Shown piece by piece: positions 52,901-64,000 of a stretch of 64,000 nucleotides of DNA (positions are counted from its first letter, which is position 1; every line of letters starts with the position of its first letter). Below the pieces are notes generated by a model. The model was not told the origin of the DNA. It was given only the letters and a program-made list of their open reading frames with translations, and did not search any database. Origin of the DNA: Geosiphon pyriformis uo1. Taxonomy: Eukaryota; Fungi; Glomeromycota. The position numbers and the translations under genes are program-made. The stretch lies in the NCBI GenBank assembly GCA_016748015.1, contig JAAOMT010000575.1, positions 23,298 through 87,297 on the forward strand. Direction: 5' to 3'.

Positions 52901-53215
52901 CTTGATTGATAATATAAGTATAATAACTATTAATTTTGAAATTTGTTTAGTGTTTTGCTAATTAAAATTGTTTATTTGCTTAGTATTATTAAGTTTTTTA
53001 TTGTTAGTTTTAAATTGTACAAAGTTTGTTTGTTTTTTTTAAGTTTTATTAATAGTATAAAGATTTATATAAGTATATAGTAGTGTCTTAATTGGTCCAA
53101 ATGGCTAATTACATATAGTAAACATATAAATTATATTTAATTAGATTTACTTAGTTTGTTTTTGTATATTAAATAGTAATTAGACTGTACTTATTAAACA
53201 TAAAAATAAAAAATT
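49950..53215 (+). mobile_element. LINE copy D: decayed ORF1-like region plus ORF2 C-terminus and 3' UTR; most of ORF2 absent
   Basis: VKFVSQEFLETVFLVKFTS ORF1-like peptides; 52400-53040 match ORF2 C-terminal motifs (ILCKNFVFKN); 3' UTR at 53080-53200. Confidence 0.65.
52140..52330 (-). mobile_element. Short 5'-truncated LINE 3' end, minus strand
   Basis: Reverse complement ggcttaagttgctggtcacatatagtaa...tactagatagtaatt matches the conserved 3' UTR. Confidence 0.8.
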
Positions 53216-53939
53216 AATTAATTTTGTTATTTTGTTATTTTTCTATTTAAATAATATTATATACAAAAAAAAGTTTTTAAAGTTAACATAATTTATAAAA
53301 TAAATTTGATTATACCGAAAATAACAAGTTTAATAATATTAAATTAAATAATAAAATTGCAATTTTTTAATTATTTAAGTTTAATTAATAATATAAATTT
53401 TTTTTATATTTTTAATTAGTAATATATATAATAAATTAACCAGAATATATATTATTTAAAATATAATATTGTTTAACTAATTTAGATAACTGGTTATATA
53501 CAAACAAAACATAATTAAATTTGTTTTTTTATAAAATTGTTAATATTAATATTTTAAACTTAAAATTATTACAAATTAAAATAAGCATTGTATATTTTTT
53601 ATTCAAAAAATAATGTATTATTTAAAAAATCTGAAATAAAAAATACAGTCATTAACAGTTAAAAAAATAAAATACTATTTAATTCCGAAAATATAAAAAA
53701 ACAAAGATAAACATGACAAATTTAAAAATTAAGATTGATTTAAGCAAATAATAAAACTTGTATAACATAATTGTACATCAGTAATTTAAAAATCTAAGTT
53801 TGCATTATAGATAATTGCTTCTCTGGCAAATTAAACTATTTATTTTTTAGAGCATTATTTGCAATTAGTCAACTATTAGAATTTTTGTTCATTAATTTTT
53901 CCTTAAACTGTTAAATAGATAAAAAAAGTAAAATATGGT

Positions 53940-55260
53940 TGTAAATTATAGTATGTTTAAAAAAATTTTCAATCATCCATATATCTCCTGTAGCCTTACA
54001 AAAGTTTTTTTCCAATTTATATTCTGAAACTTTAATAGCCAATAAATATTTTTGTAAAGTAAATAGCAACAATTAACAAACATGTCTAACTGTAAGTCAA
54101 AATCTTATTATTACTGTACCTTGAAGCTTTTAAGAGAGCAGCTTTTTCAAAATCAATTAACATTCAACTTTCATTTGGGAATTTTAAAACATTATCCTAG
54201 CAAATATCTCAATAGACAACATTTATCTTATGAAGTTTTTTTAGCATTACAAATACATGCTATATAGTATTTGTAGTTTGCATTCACATTTTGAAAATAA
54301 TGTAAAGCCAATTGGAGCCAAATATACTATTACTAAGTTATTTGTAAGAAAATACTTATGAATTTTGATTGGATTTAAGCCTAAAAATGTATTTTGGTAA
54401 AAATCCTAAGCAATAAATTATATAAATTAAGACTTGATGACAAACTTTTAGCAAAAGTTATACATGAAAATTGATTGAAACATTATTATTTTAGAAATCA
54501 TTCTAAACTATTAATTCTACAAATTGGTATACATTACTTTTTAATTAATCCTGAAAATATTTCCTGAAACTTAAAACCAATAGTTGTAATAGAACAATAA
54601 CCAAACTTAAACACTTAAATTTAGCATTATAACCCTTTTTTTAATAAAACACAAACATAAAACAAAAATAATAAATAATTATAAGAAATACCCAAACACA
54701 AAAACATATAAAATCCCTATATCCAAAAATAATTTTTTTATTTTATTTTATTTTTTGATTAATTATTTTTATTATGATTATTTTCTAAAACATTTAACAA
54801 ATATCTCAAAAATTAATGTTAGCCTTAAAAACACTTTCTAACTTATTTATAACAATTAATAAAAGTTAAATTAATTATAATTAGAAAGAAACTACAGTTC
54901 CAGTAGTAAATAATTTACAGAATTATTACTTTTATAAACAAAACACAAGAAGTTATTCTGGAATTTAACTACCAGAACTTTTAAAGCAAGCTTTAAAAAA
55001 AAACTTTTTATTCAGCCTCATAGACATTTTACCAAATGTCACAACACAATAAAAACTTTTACTATTTCTCAATAAACAAAACAATTAACATATCTTTATC
55101 TATATTAATTTTAGTTGTCTTTGTATATTATGTACTCTTTCCCAAAGGCTAATCTGAAATTTACCCACTGTTTGGGGTCTTCTTTGAGACTATCTTTGCA
55201 ATTGCTTAATGTATTTTTTTAATCTAGAAACATAGAATATTAATGACCTTTTTGCAATTT
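53940..55260 (-). pseudogene. Kinase relic, probably Crinkler (CRN)-type
   Basis: Minus strand HKINVVY*DIC*DNVLKF..MLIDFEKAA (decayed HRDIRWxNV..LIDFE), GDIWMI and VYLAPIG; upstream degenerate coding-like exon. Confidence 0.6.
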
Positions 55261-55574
55261 CCCTAAGTATATAATAAAGTTTTTTCAATTTAATTAGTAA
55301 TCACGTGAATAATCTTAATCAAGGATTATTCTTTCAAAGAGTTCAAAAATGGAATGATAGTTTCATTCATTAGAGAGGATATGTAAATTCTATTGTTAAT
55401 TTCATAATTGTGATGTTAATTCAATTTATTATTTTTATTAATTCTTTTTAAATAAGATTTTATTTAAATATTTGTTGCTTTTAATTAAAGCTGTTAGATT
55501 CTTCATCATTAAAAACTATTGTATATATATATAATTATTGTTTTACAAAATAATGTCTTATAATACTCTATTTC

Positions 55575-55680
55575 TATTACTTCTAAATAGTGTTTGCTGC
55601 TATTGTAAAATAGTGTTTGCTGCTTTTGCACAATAATACTTGCTACTATTACATGATAATGCTTGTTGTTATTTGTAAAT
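55575..55680. repeat. ~22-23-bp degenerate minisatellite, about 4 units
   Basis: aaatagtgtttgctgctattgt / aaatagtgtttgctgcttttgc / aataatacttgctactattac / gataatgcttgttgttatttg. Confidence 0.75.
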
Positions 55681-55784
55681 CATTTTTTTTCTTTTTATAA
55701 ATTGTTGCTGTGCTATTTCATGATTGGCTAATTTATATTATTTATAATTCTTATTAAATTTTTAAACTGTAATAGTACAAGATA

Positions 55785-55980
55785 TGTAGTTTTTTTTTAG
55801 GTTTAGGTGGTAATATGTTTGTAAACATGTGTATTTAGTGTTGTCTTGTCTGGTTTAAGTGGCTAGTTATATATAGTAAGTGTGTGAACTGTATTTAGTT
55901 TATTTTATTTAGTTTGGTTCTGTGTACTAGATAACAATTGGGCTTTACTTATTAATTTTATAATAATAATAATAAAAATA
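55785..55980 (+). mobile_element. Short 5'-truncated LINE 3' end with (TAA)n tail
   Basis: tagtgttgtcttgtctggtttaagtggctag...tgtgtactagataacaattgggctttactt matches 49018-49135. Confidence 0.88.
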
Positions 55981-56356
55981 TTGTAATTTTATTTTTTAAA
56001 AAAGTTTTTAATAAATTTAATAAAAATATATTATAAATAATACAAATTTTAACTAAATGCTTATTTAAAAAAATTTTAAAAATTTTAAAATTATCTATAA
56101 AATTAATTTTTAATAAAAAAATAAATTAAACAAAAAAACAAAAAATTAAGTTTAATAAAATTTAAGTTATTTTTGTTGTGTTTTAAACAATATTTTTTTA
56201 ATTATTATAGTAAATATAAATAATATTTATAAAATAAATAATAAATAAATTTTGAAAATTTTATAAAAAAAATTTTTTTTCTCTTATTAATCCTCTGACC
56301 ACAATGAAAGCTTTATTTTGTCAAAATTTTAGCTTACTTCCTTTCTCTTTCCTTTT

Positions 56357-58349
56357 TTGTCTTCAGTTATTTCTTCCAATATATCTCTTTTTGTTGCTAT
56401 AGATCCAGTAAACACTTTGGCTGGTGGTTCTGATTTTATTTCAGCTGGGTTGGGAATCCAGTCTAACACTAAAAAAAAGGTGTATATTGAAAGTATCTAC
56501 TCTTATGGCCCTTCATACAGAAAGTCTAAGATTCTTAAAATTATTAGTAGTTTAGTAAATTTGTCAGCTAGTCCCATTTCTGTTAATGTCTTCCAAGCTG
56601 AAAGTAAGGAACATAAGATATTCTGAGATAGTGAAATTGAAAATGACAAATTCAGTATAAGTGGAGTGTTGAATGTTAAAAATTTAAAAACACAATAGCT
56701 GAAAAGACAAGCTATGTCAATTTCAATGCTTTGAATACAGACAACATGATGAATAACACAACTCCAAAAAAACATAAACAAAGACTTATATCTTGGGGCA
56801 ACTACCAAAAGTGCCATCTTTCAAAAATCTAAGTGATAATGATATTGAGTTGGTACTTCCAGCACTTAAATTTGTTGAGTCCAATCAGCTGCTATTTGCC
56901 AAGTTATATGTTCTGAAAAAACATAGCTTTGAACCAGTTAAATCATTTGTGTTAGATATTGAGCTATTTGTGGTATCTGGTAAGACTATTAGTGATAAAT
57001 TAATTTCTGCCAAAAAAATTTTTTATCATGTGAATGGTTTTGGAGGAGCTTTTATTTCCTTAAAATTCTTAGGAATTATCAGATTCTTCTTTATATCTGA
57101 ATCAAGTTTGAATAAGGCAAAGAATTTGGCAATTTGTGAAAAAATTCTGGTTAATAATGATGTAAGAAAAACAACTGGTCATACCAATTAGAAAACAATT
57201 GTTAAAAAAATCTTAGTAGATTTTTCTAAATCAGCAGTAAAAACAGTTTTTTCTAAATTTGGTAAAATTAATTCAATCAGACTACAGCTAATTGGTCTTT
57301 AACAGAAAGTTTTGATTAAGTTTGAATCTTCAGAAGTGGCCTGTTTAATTATTTCTAAATAGTCAGTTCTTGTAGGTAAGGATTTAGTACAGATGGTTCT
57401 GGCTGTTAATGACAAAGATTCATGGATAAATAGAGATTAGAATTGGATTCTGCTCTATACTCTTTCAATTGGTACTACTGTTTATAATTTGTCAAATTTG
57501 TTAAATTTATATGGTAGGAAGACCTGTTTCATTGGCCATAATTTGGTTTTATATGTTTACGATAAAAGTGCTGTCATTTATTTTGGTAATAAGAAGTCAA
57601 AAAATGCTGTTATTGGTTCTCTGCCAGTTTTCAAAGGTGTAAATTTGCACTGAAGAGGTCTTTTTTTGGCCTGCTGTGCTAAGTGTAAACAACTTAGTTA
57701 TGTCTCTAATGTGTGTTCAATGAGTAGAAATTTTGGTGTATATGATAAGCAGGTAGTAACCTCTCAAAATTGGGTTTGCTTGGCCAATATATATAAGAAA
57801 AAGCAGGCATCTATTGTTTGTCCAGTTTTTTTTGGTGGGAAAACTTGAACTTAAGTTGCTGATAGCTTTTCTTCTTAAGTAGTTCATTTTGTCACTTTTG
57901 GTGCTGGTTTATTTTCAGATGTAAAATCTCTCTTGTCAGGTTTCAACTCTTTTATGATTTCTAGTTTGAATAATCATTTAGCATCCTTGGAATACTCTTT
58001 GGAGCTTTTGACAGATTGGGTTTCTGCCATTGTGAAAAAGCTAAGCTTTGTGGAATTGGTATCTTTGGTGCTTTCATCTTTTGTTCTCTTTTTTTCTGTG
58101 TCTAAATCATCAATCTTGGGTTTGAAATCGAATATGGCTTTAGATGGTGCACCAGTACCACTGATTATCCCTCTCTCTGTTGTTAATGATGTTGCACTTA
58201 GTTCAAGTAGCTTCAAGGTGCAGACCAATAAAATAGATGGCTTAGAGATGAAGATGATATCTTCGGAAGAGTCAATTAGTTTAGTATTGGCTAGATTAGA
58301 TCAATTGTGCTTTGGTTTGGGTTTTCCATTATATTTTTTATCTCAATGA
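56357..58349 (+). pseudogene. LINE B ORF1
   Basis: VNGFGGAF, CAKCKQLSYVSNVC knuckle, LEYSLELL; ends at TGA 58347-58349. Confidence 0.82.
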
Positions 58350-61300
58350 GTGGTCTGGTATGGAAATTTGCTATGTGCAATGTCCAAAGTATTAATGTCT
58401 TTGTAAAGCAAATGGACATTGTTCATTGGTATGTGAATTCTGATAGTTTTGTGTCTTTTGTTACAAAAACTAAATTGTGGTCTAGTGTCAAGCCATGGAT
58501 TGGTAATAAATTTAAGAATGTACATGTTTTTACATCTGGTCTGGATAAAGGATTTTTTGGTACTGGAGTGGCCATAATCATGAATGATTTATTGGTTTGT
58601 CATGTGTTTAAGATGGAAGAGATTCCTGGTCAGATTATTTTGGTGTGTCTTTTATTTAAGAACAAGCTTTTGGTTATGATTCTGGATTTATAAACTGGCA
58701 CTTCCTCTGAAACTAGGTTTGGTTAGGCTTTGGAGGTAAACTCTCTAATTGCAAAGACCATTAACTCTAGCACTTTTGTGGTATTGGGTGGGGATTTTAA
58801 TGAGAATAGGTTTGAGAAAAATATGAATTTTAAGTTCTGTTTGGAATTGAGTTTGGTCAATTCATTTGCCACTTATCATTTGATGAAGGCTCTCACATAG
58901 AGTAATTTCAAAGATGTTGAAAAAACAATTGATTACATTCTTGTCAGTAGAAATTTATCATCTGTTGTCACTAGTTATTAAGTCTGTTCTGTTTCCAATT
59001 TCTTCAACACTGATCACAATGCAGTTATGGTTTCAATCAGCTTGGATAGACTCTTGGATGTTTGTTTAAACAGTCTGTGCAAACAGACTAACAAAGATTG
59101 TTGGAAGTTTAGAATCAAGTATGCTAATAGCTCTAAATAAGCTGATTTTAAGGACTGTTCTTCTGCCAAGCTTTTAATAGTTGCTGATAAATTCTCTAAT
59201 ACTGTGTTCTGTGACAATATAAATGGTGTATGGATGATTTTAAAAAGGGTGATGGTAGAATCAGCTAATAAAATATTTTTAAAACATTGGTTTAGTGAGT
59301 TTCAGTGTTCAAAAAATAAACATTTTTTTAAGTTTTTTGGTTTGGAATTGTTGGTTGTCAAAATTGTTAGAAAATTCAGCTTTGGTAACATGTTTGAGGT
59401 TGATTATTTCGTGAAGATATGGTCAATTTTAGATGATGCTAAGGCTCATGATTTTGCTAATCTGATGTGTTTGAAAGTAAAATCTGTGGTGGTTTTCAAA
59501 CATTTGTCATTAACTTGTAAAGAATACAGAAAGTCTAAGATACATGAGTCAAAGTTGGCTAAAGAGACTTCTATTAAAAAAGTAATTACAATACATATGG
59601 AAAATTTTTGTTCTAACAAAGGTAGTATGATTCACAATGTTTTGGAGCAACTCTTTTACAAGGTAGTTTTGAATCACTTAGTGGTGAATGATGAGTTAGT
59701 TTTGGAACTAAAGGAAATGTTATCAAGTGTGAATAGAGTCATGAAGGATTGGACAAAAAAATGTACAGTGTCTTTGATGTTACCTAATCTCTGGGCTCAC
59801 TAGTATGTACCATTAAACTATATTAGGAATAATGCTTTTTTGGGCATAATAAATGCAATCAGTATGAATGAGTTGCTTTTGGTTGTTGGCAGTTTGCCTG
59901 ATAGTAAAGCTGTTGGCTTATCTGGCATTTCTAATAAACTGTGGAAGCATAATAGTAAGGATGTATTGGAATGCTTTTTGGTGCTATTGAATATGTGTTT
60001 GACTGTTGATAGTGTGTTTGCTTTGTGAAAGAGGGCTTGAATTTCAATGATTCCTAAATCTTATGACTGGAATGGAGTTCTTATAAACACATAGCTTTAA
60101 TCAAAACTGCTAGAAAAATCCTATCTAAAATTTTGTCTGATCATATTTGTTGGCATGTAACAAGTTCAATGTTCTCCAGAGCAATAATTTTTTGGTGTTG
60201 AGAAGTACATCCATACAATCTCTTGTGTTTACTGTTGGATCAGTGGTTAAGAATGCTCTTAAAAAGAATAGAGAGATTTGGTTGGTTCTGCAAGACATGC
60301 GGAAAATGTACAATTTAGTTGGATAGCACTACTTAAAAAATAACTTGTGATGCATCAAAATGTGTGAAAAATTCATCTGGTTTTTTGGTATATTTATGAA
60401 AATAGAATTAACAGAGTAATGACTGATTTTGGTTTGTCAGATGGTTATAGGGTGCTCAATAGATTGAATTAGGGTGAGATCTTTTTACCACTTCTGTGGA
60501 GAATCTTTTATGATCTACTTTTATGTAAAATTAAAAGACATGAACATTTGTGTGAGTACTAAATTGATACTAAGTTTGTTTTAAAGACTGGCAAAGTTGA
60601 GAATAGTGGTGGAATGACTACATTTTTTGTAGTAGGTGCATTTGTTAATAACACTATTTGGGTTGATAGTTGTTAAGCCTCCACTCAATATGCTTTGAAC
60701 ATTGCTAGCAAGTTCTTTAAGATCAATGATATTTCTATCAACAGTAAAAAAACAGTGGCTATTCTCATAAATTAGGGTGTTAGGGTCACTTCTTTGAGTA
60801 TTTATGATCAACCAATCATGATTGCCAAGAAAGATAATGTTTATTGTTATCTAGAAATTTTTTTGTCTACCAATGACTTGTCAAAGCCGAGTGTTACCAA
60901 GGCTTATTCTGATGTTTGTTTTTTTGTTAATATTGTGCTTTAAAAGGCTATTACAGATAAGTAATTCTCTTATTTGGTATCAGCTGTTTTGCAGCTTATA
61001 ATTAGTTATCAAACTCAATTCAGTTTTGTTTTGTCAAATATGTGTTGCAAGTAAAATATTATGGTCAGGAAAAGTCTCAAAATAAAAGTGTGTCTGCCTC
61101 ATAATTTTTCAAATACAGCTTTGCATCATCCTTTCTTGTATGGCTTAAAGCCTTTTGAGCAAGTGCAATCTAAAGCAAAGGTAGCTGCTCTGATCTTTTT
61201 TTCCAATAATGTAGATATTTTTGGATATTTGTTCAGTCATAGATTCTTGGACTTGCAAGTTCTGAATTAGGCTTCTTTGAATTCTTTGCAGTTTTTTGTC

Positions 61301-63029
61301 AAGATACATGTTAGTCTGGTAAACAACTTTTTGGCTGAAATGATAAAGATTTTTTTGGACAATAAGTTTTCATTGGCTAACAACTTTCTAAATGTCTTTT
61401 ATGGTTCTGGTCATTATCTATTGTCATTGATTCTTGAAAAGTTTTTGCATTTCAATTCTGTTCATTTTCTGAAGTGTTTTGGAGTTGCTTTTGGTGATCA
61501 GCTTTTTGATAAAAAGTGTGAAGTGTTAGATTGGAAGACTTTTTGTCATTAAAAAAGGCTGGATCCACATGGTTTTATTCCTTGCTGGTTTGTGGTTGTG
61601 TCTGAACATTTGTTGGGTTTAAGTTTTCTTTCATCTGGTTCTACTATATTCAATCAGCCATGTGGCATGGACATTCTTGGATTAGATGAGTTTTTTGTTG
61701 TAAAAGATGGTTTGCATAAGGTTTGGTCTGGCTTTTTTGAGGTGTTTACTGATGAATTGCTGAAGGATGCTGATACTGCTATAGTTACTAGTGATGTGGC
61801 TGTTTATTTTCTGGCTTTAAATCTATGTGTTTGTATTTCAGTCCATGGTTTTTTATCTTCTACTATGGCTGAACTGTAAACTGTTGCTTTGTCCTTGAAA
61901 TGTGTTCTATCTTCTTGTTTAGTAGTTTTGTATCTCAACAGCCAAGCTGCAATCAATTTTTGCATAGCTAAATTGTCATCTGCTGCACCTGACTTTTGCA
62001 ACTTATATTGGATAAAAAGATGTTATATTTCTAATTTGGTCAGAGAAAAAAATCTGAATGTAGCTTGGGTTAAGATTAGAGAACATTCAAAGATTCCCAG
62101 TAATATGAAGACCGACTTGGCAGCTGAGGTGGCTGCTTAGTCTTCTTTTTCACTGTTGGCTGGAGTGTATAAGCACTTTTTGGTGGCTAAGAACACAGCT
62201 ATTTCTGGTAATGCTTGTTATTTTGTCAGAAATATTTTTCGGTCAGTTAGTTAAGCTTATTGGGAAGCTGGCCCAAGTTATGATATGATTTCAGATATGT
62301 TGGTCAGACATGTAGACTAGATTGCTACCATAAAGATGTGGTATCCCAATTCTTATATGCTTGCTGGATTTACTAGTTGAAAGTTTTTTTGCCTATGCAC
62401 CTATTTAATGAAGGCTGTACACAAACAATTACCAATAGTGATTAAAAAGAGGATGTATGATAAGTATTACTCTGGGATGTTGTGTTTGCTGTGTGATGAG
62501 ATAGAGCTTTCTAATCATGCTTTTACTTGTGTTTGTAATGCTGGTGTTTGGAATGAGATCTTGGTTAAAGCTTTTGCATATTAATTTACTTTGGCTGGTA
62601 TTTCCAATTTATCTGTATCTGCCATTTTACAGATCCTATTTTAATGCTTCTTAAATGTTGGATTATATGCTATATTATATAAAAGATTTGTATTGAAAGA
62701 ATAGTTTAATAAAGTTTATGGTACTTTTGATAATAAGAAAGAGACTGCTGGTTAGATTGTTGATTTTGTAAGGTTTGTTATAAAGTTGCATCATAAAAAA
62801 GTGTGGTTGGTAAAGTCTAGTCACAGAGTAGATATGGAACAAGCTGGTTTGGTTCATGATAGTAATGTGGTTTTTGGGCTGTCTTGTAATGTGTTTTTGT
62901 TATTGTTTGATGACATAGTTAGCTTGTTTGGTGTAATTAAGTCTTTTGCAGTCAACTTTAGTCATTATAAGTCATGTTGTTTTTTTTTTGGTCTGAATAG
63001 TGCTATGCAGATTAATATAGAAGTCTTAG
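58346..63029 (+). pseudogene. LINE B ORF2 (APE-RT-RNaseH)
   Basis: MSGLVWKFAMCNVQSIN, LGGDFNE, TIDYIL, TDHNA, LQDMRK, GAFVNNT, VFTDELL, LNSQAAI, KIREHS. Confidence 0.92.
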
Positions 63030-64000
63030 TATTGTCTTGTCTGGCCTAAGTAACTAGTTACATGTAGTAAGTACATGAGTCATGTTTAGTTTGGATTACT
63101 TAGTTTGGCTCTATATATTAGATAGCAATTGGGCTTTATTTATTAAATACATTAATAAAAAAATAAAATAAAAATTTTATAAAAAAACTACTTTTCTGTT
63201 ATAAATTTGAGTAAATAAATAACAAAAAAAATAATAAATATATAATTAAATTTATTAGTGTTTTAATAATTTAAATTATTTTTTTTATTAATTATTAAAA
63301 ATAAATACCAAAATTTTTTTATATTAAAAGTATTATTATTATTATTATTTTGTTGTTTAAAAATTTATAAAACTATAATATATATCTTTTAAATAATATA
63401 AATTTATTAATAAAAATAAATAATTAATAATTTTGTAAAAAATATAAAGTATTAATGTAAAAGTTATTAAATATAAATATATAAATATGTTTAAAATAAA
63501 AAATTAAATAAGCATTAAAATAAAAAATTGTTAAATACTTAAATAAAATAAAAACAAATAGTTTTTTTAATTTATATAGCTTAAATTATTGGTTATATAT
63601 AAAAAATATGTAAGTAATATTTTTGTTGCATATTTTAAGTTTTAATTAAATTATATTTAATTAATACATACAAATAACATTATTAAATTTGTTTTATTTA
63701 TAAATTAAATATATAAATTTTATTTAATAAGTTTAAAATTAATATAAAGTTATATATATATATATAATAATAATAAAAATATATTTAATACTGGTTTAAT
63801 TTTTTCCAATTTTAAAATTTACAATTATTTTTATTTTAAAATAATAAAACGAATTTTATTCAATATTAAAATATATAAAACAATAATAATGTTAATTTAA
63901 CAAAACAAAAATAATTTAATGAATATAATACAATAATTATTAAAAAAACAATTATATTATAGAGTAAAAACTCTTGTAATTTAACAAAGACGGGTTTGTA

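Larger units (their letters stand above)
56290..63190 (+). mobile_element. LINE copy B, full length, decayed
   Basis: Same architecture as copy A; 3' UTR at 63027-63145; A-rich tail. Confidence 0.95.

Overview
Very AT-rich eukaryotic DNA with short GT-AG introns. The gene families (BTB-TLDc, tyrosine-kinase-like, Crinkler-type kinase, class-3 lipase, P450) and the retroelements point to a Glomeromycotina (arbuscular-mycorrhizal-type, possibly Geosiphon-like) fungus; this is an inference. The first ~12 kb holds two apparently intact spliced genes that the ORF track only shows in pieces: a 191-aa Cys-rich, probably 4-TM membrane protein and a 355-aa class-3 lipase homologue whose catalytic Ser is replaced by Gly. 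A BTB-BACK-TLDc pseudogene lies between them. Further on are a cytochrome P450 pseudogene cleanly interrupted by a Tc1/mariner element and a TKL kinase relic. From ~25 kb onward the window is a transposon graveyard. It contains a minus-strand Ty3/Gypsy element with unusual cargo (Cys/His-rich domain and dUTPase between protease and RT, an extra ~212-codon ORF between integrase and the 3' LTR, and a nested solo LTR). It also contains three near-full-length and several truncated copies of an APE-RT-RNaseH LINE with an ATGA ORF1/ORF2 junction and a structured 3' end, plus a Crinkler-type kinase relic. Repeats carry heavy, graded C>T/G>A mutation, including outside CpG, that resembles RIP-like hypermutation. 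All calls come from manual reading; no database searches were run, and the boundaries of decayed elements are approximate.
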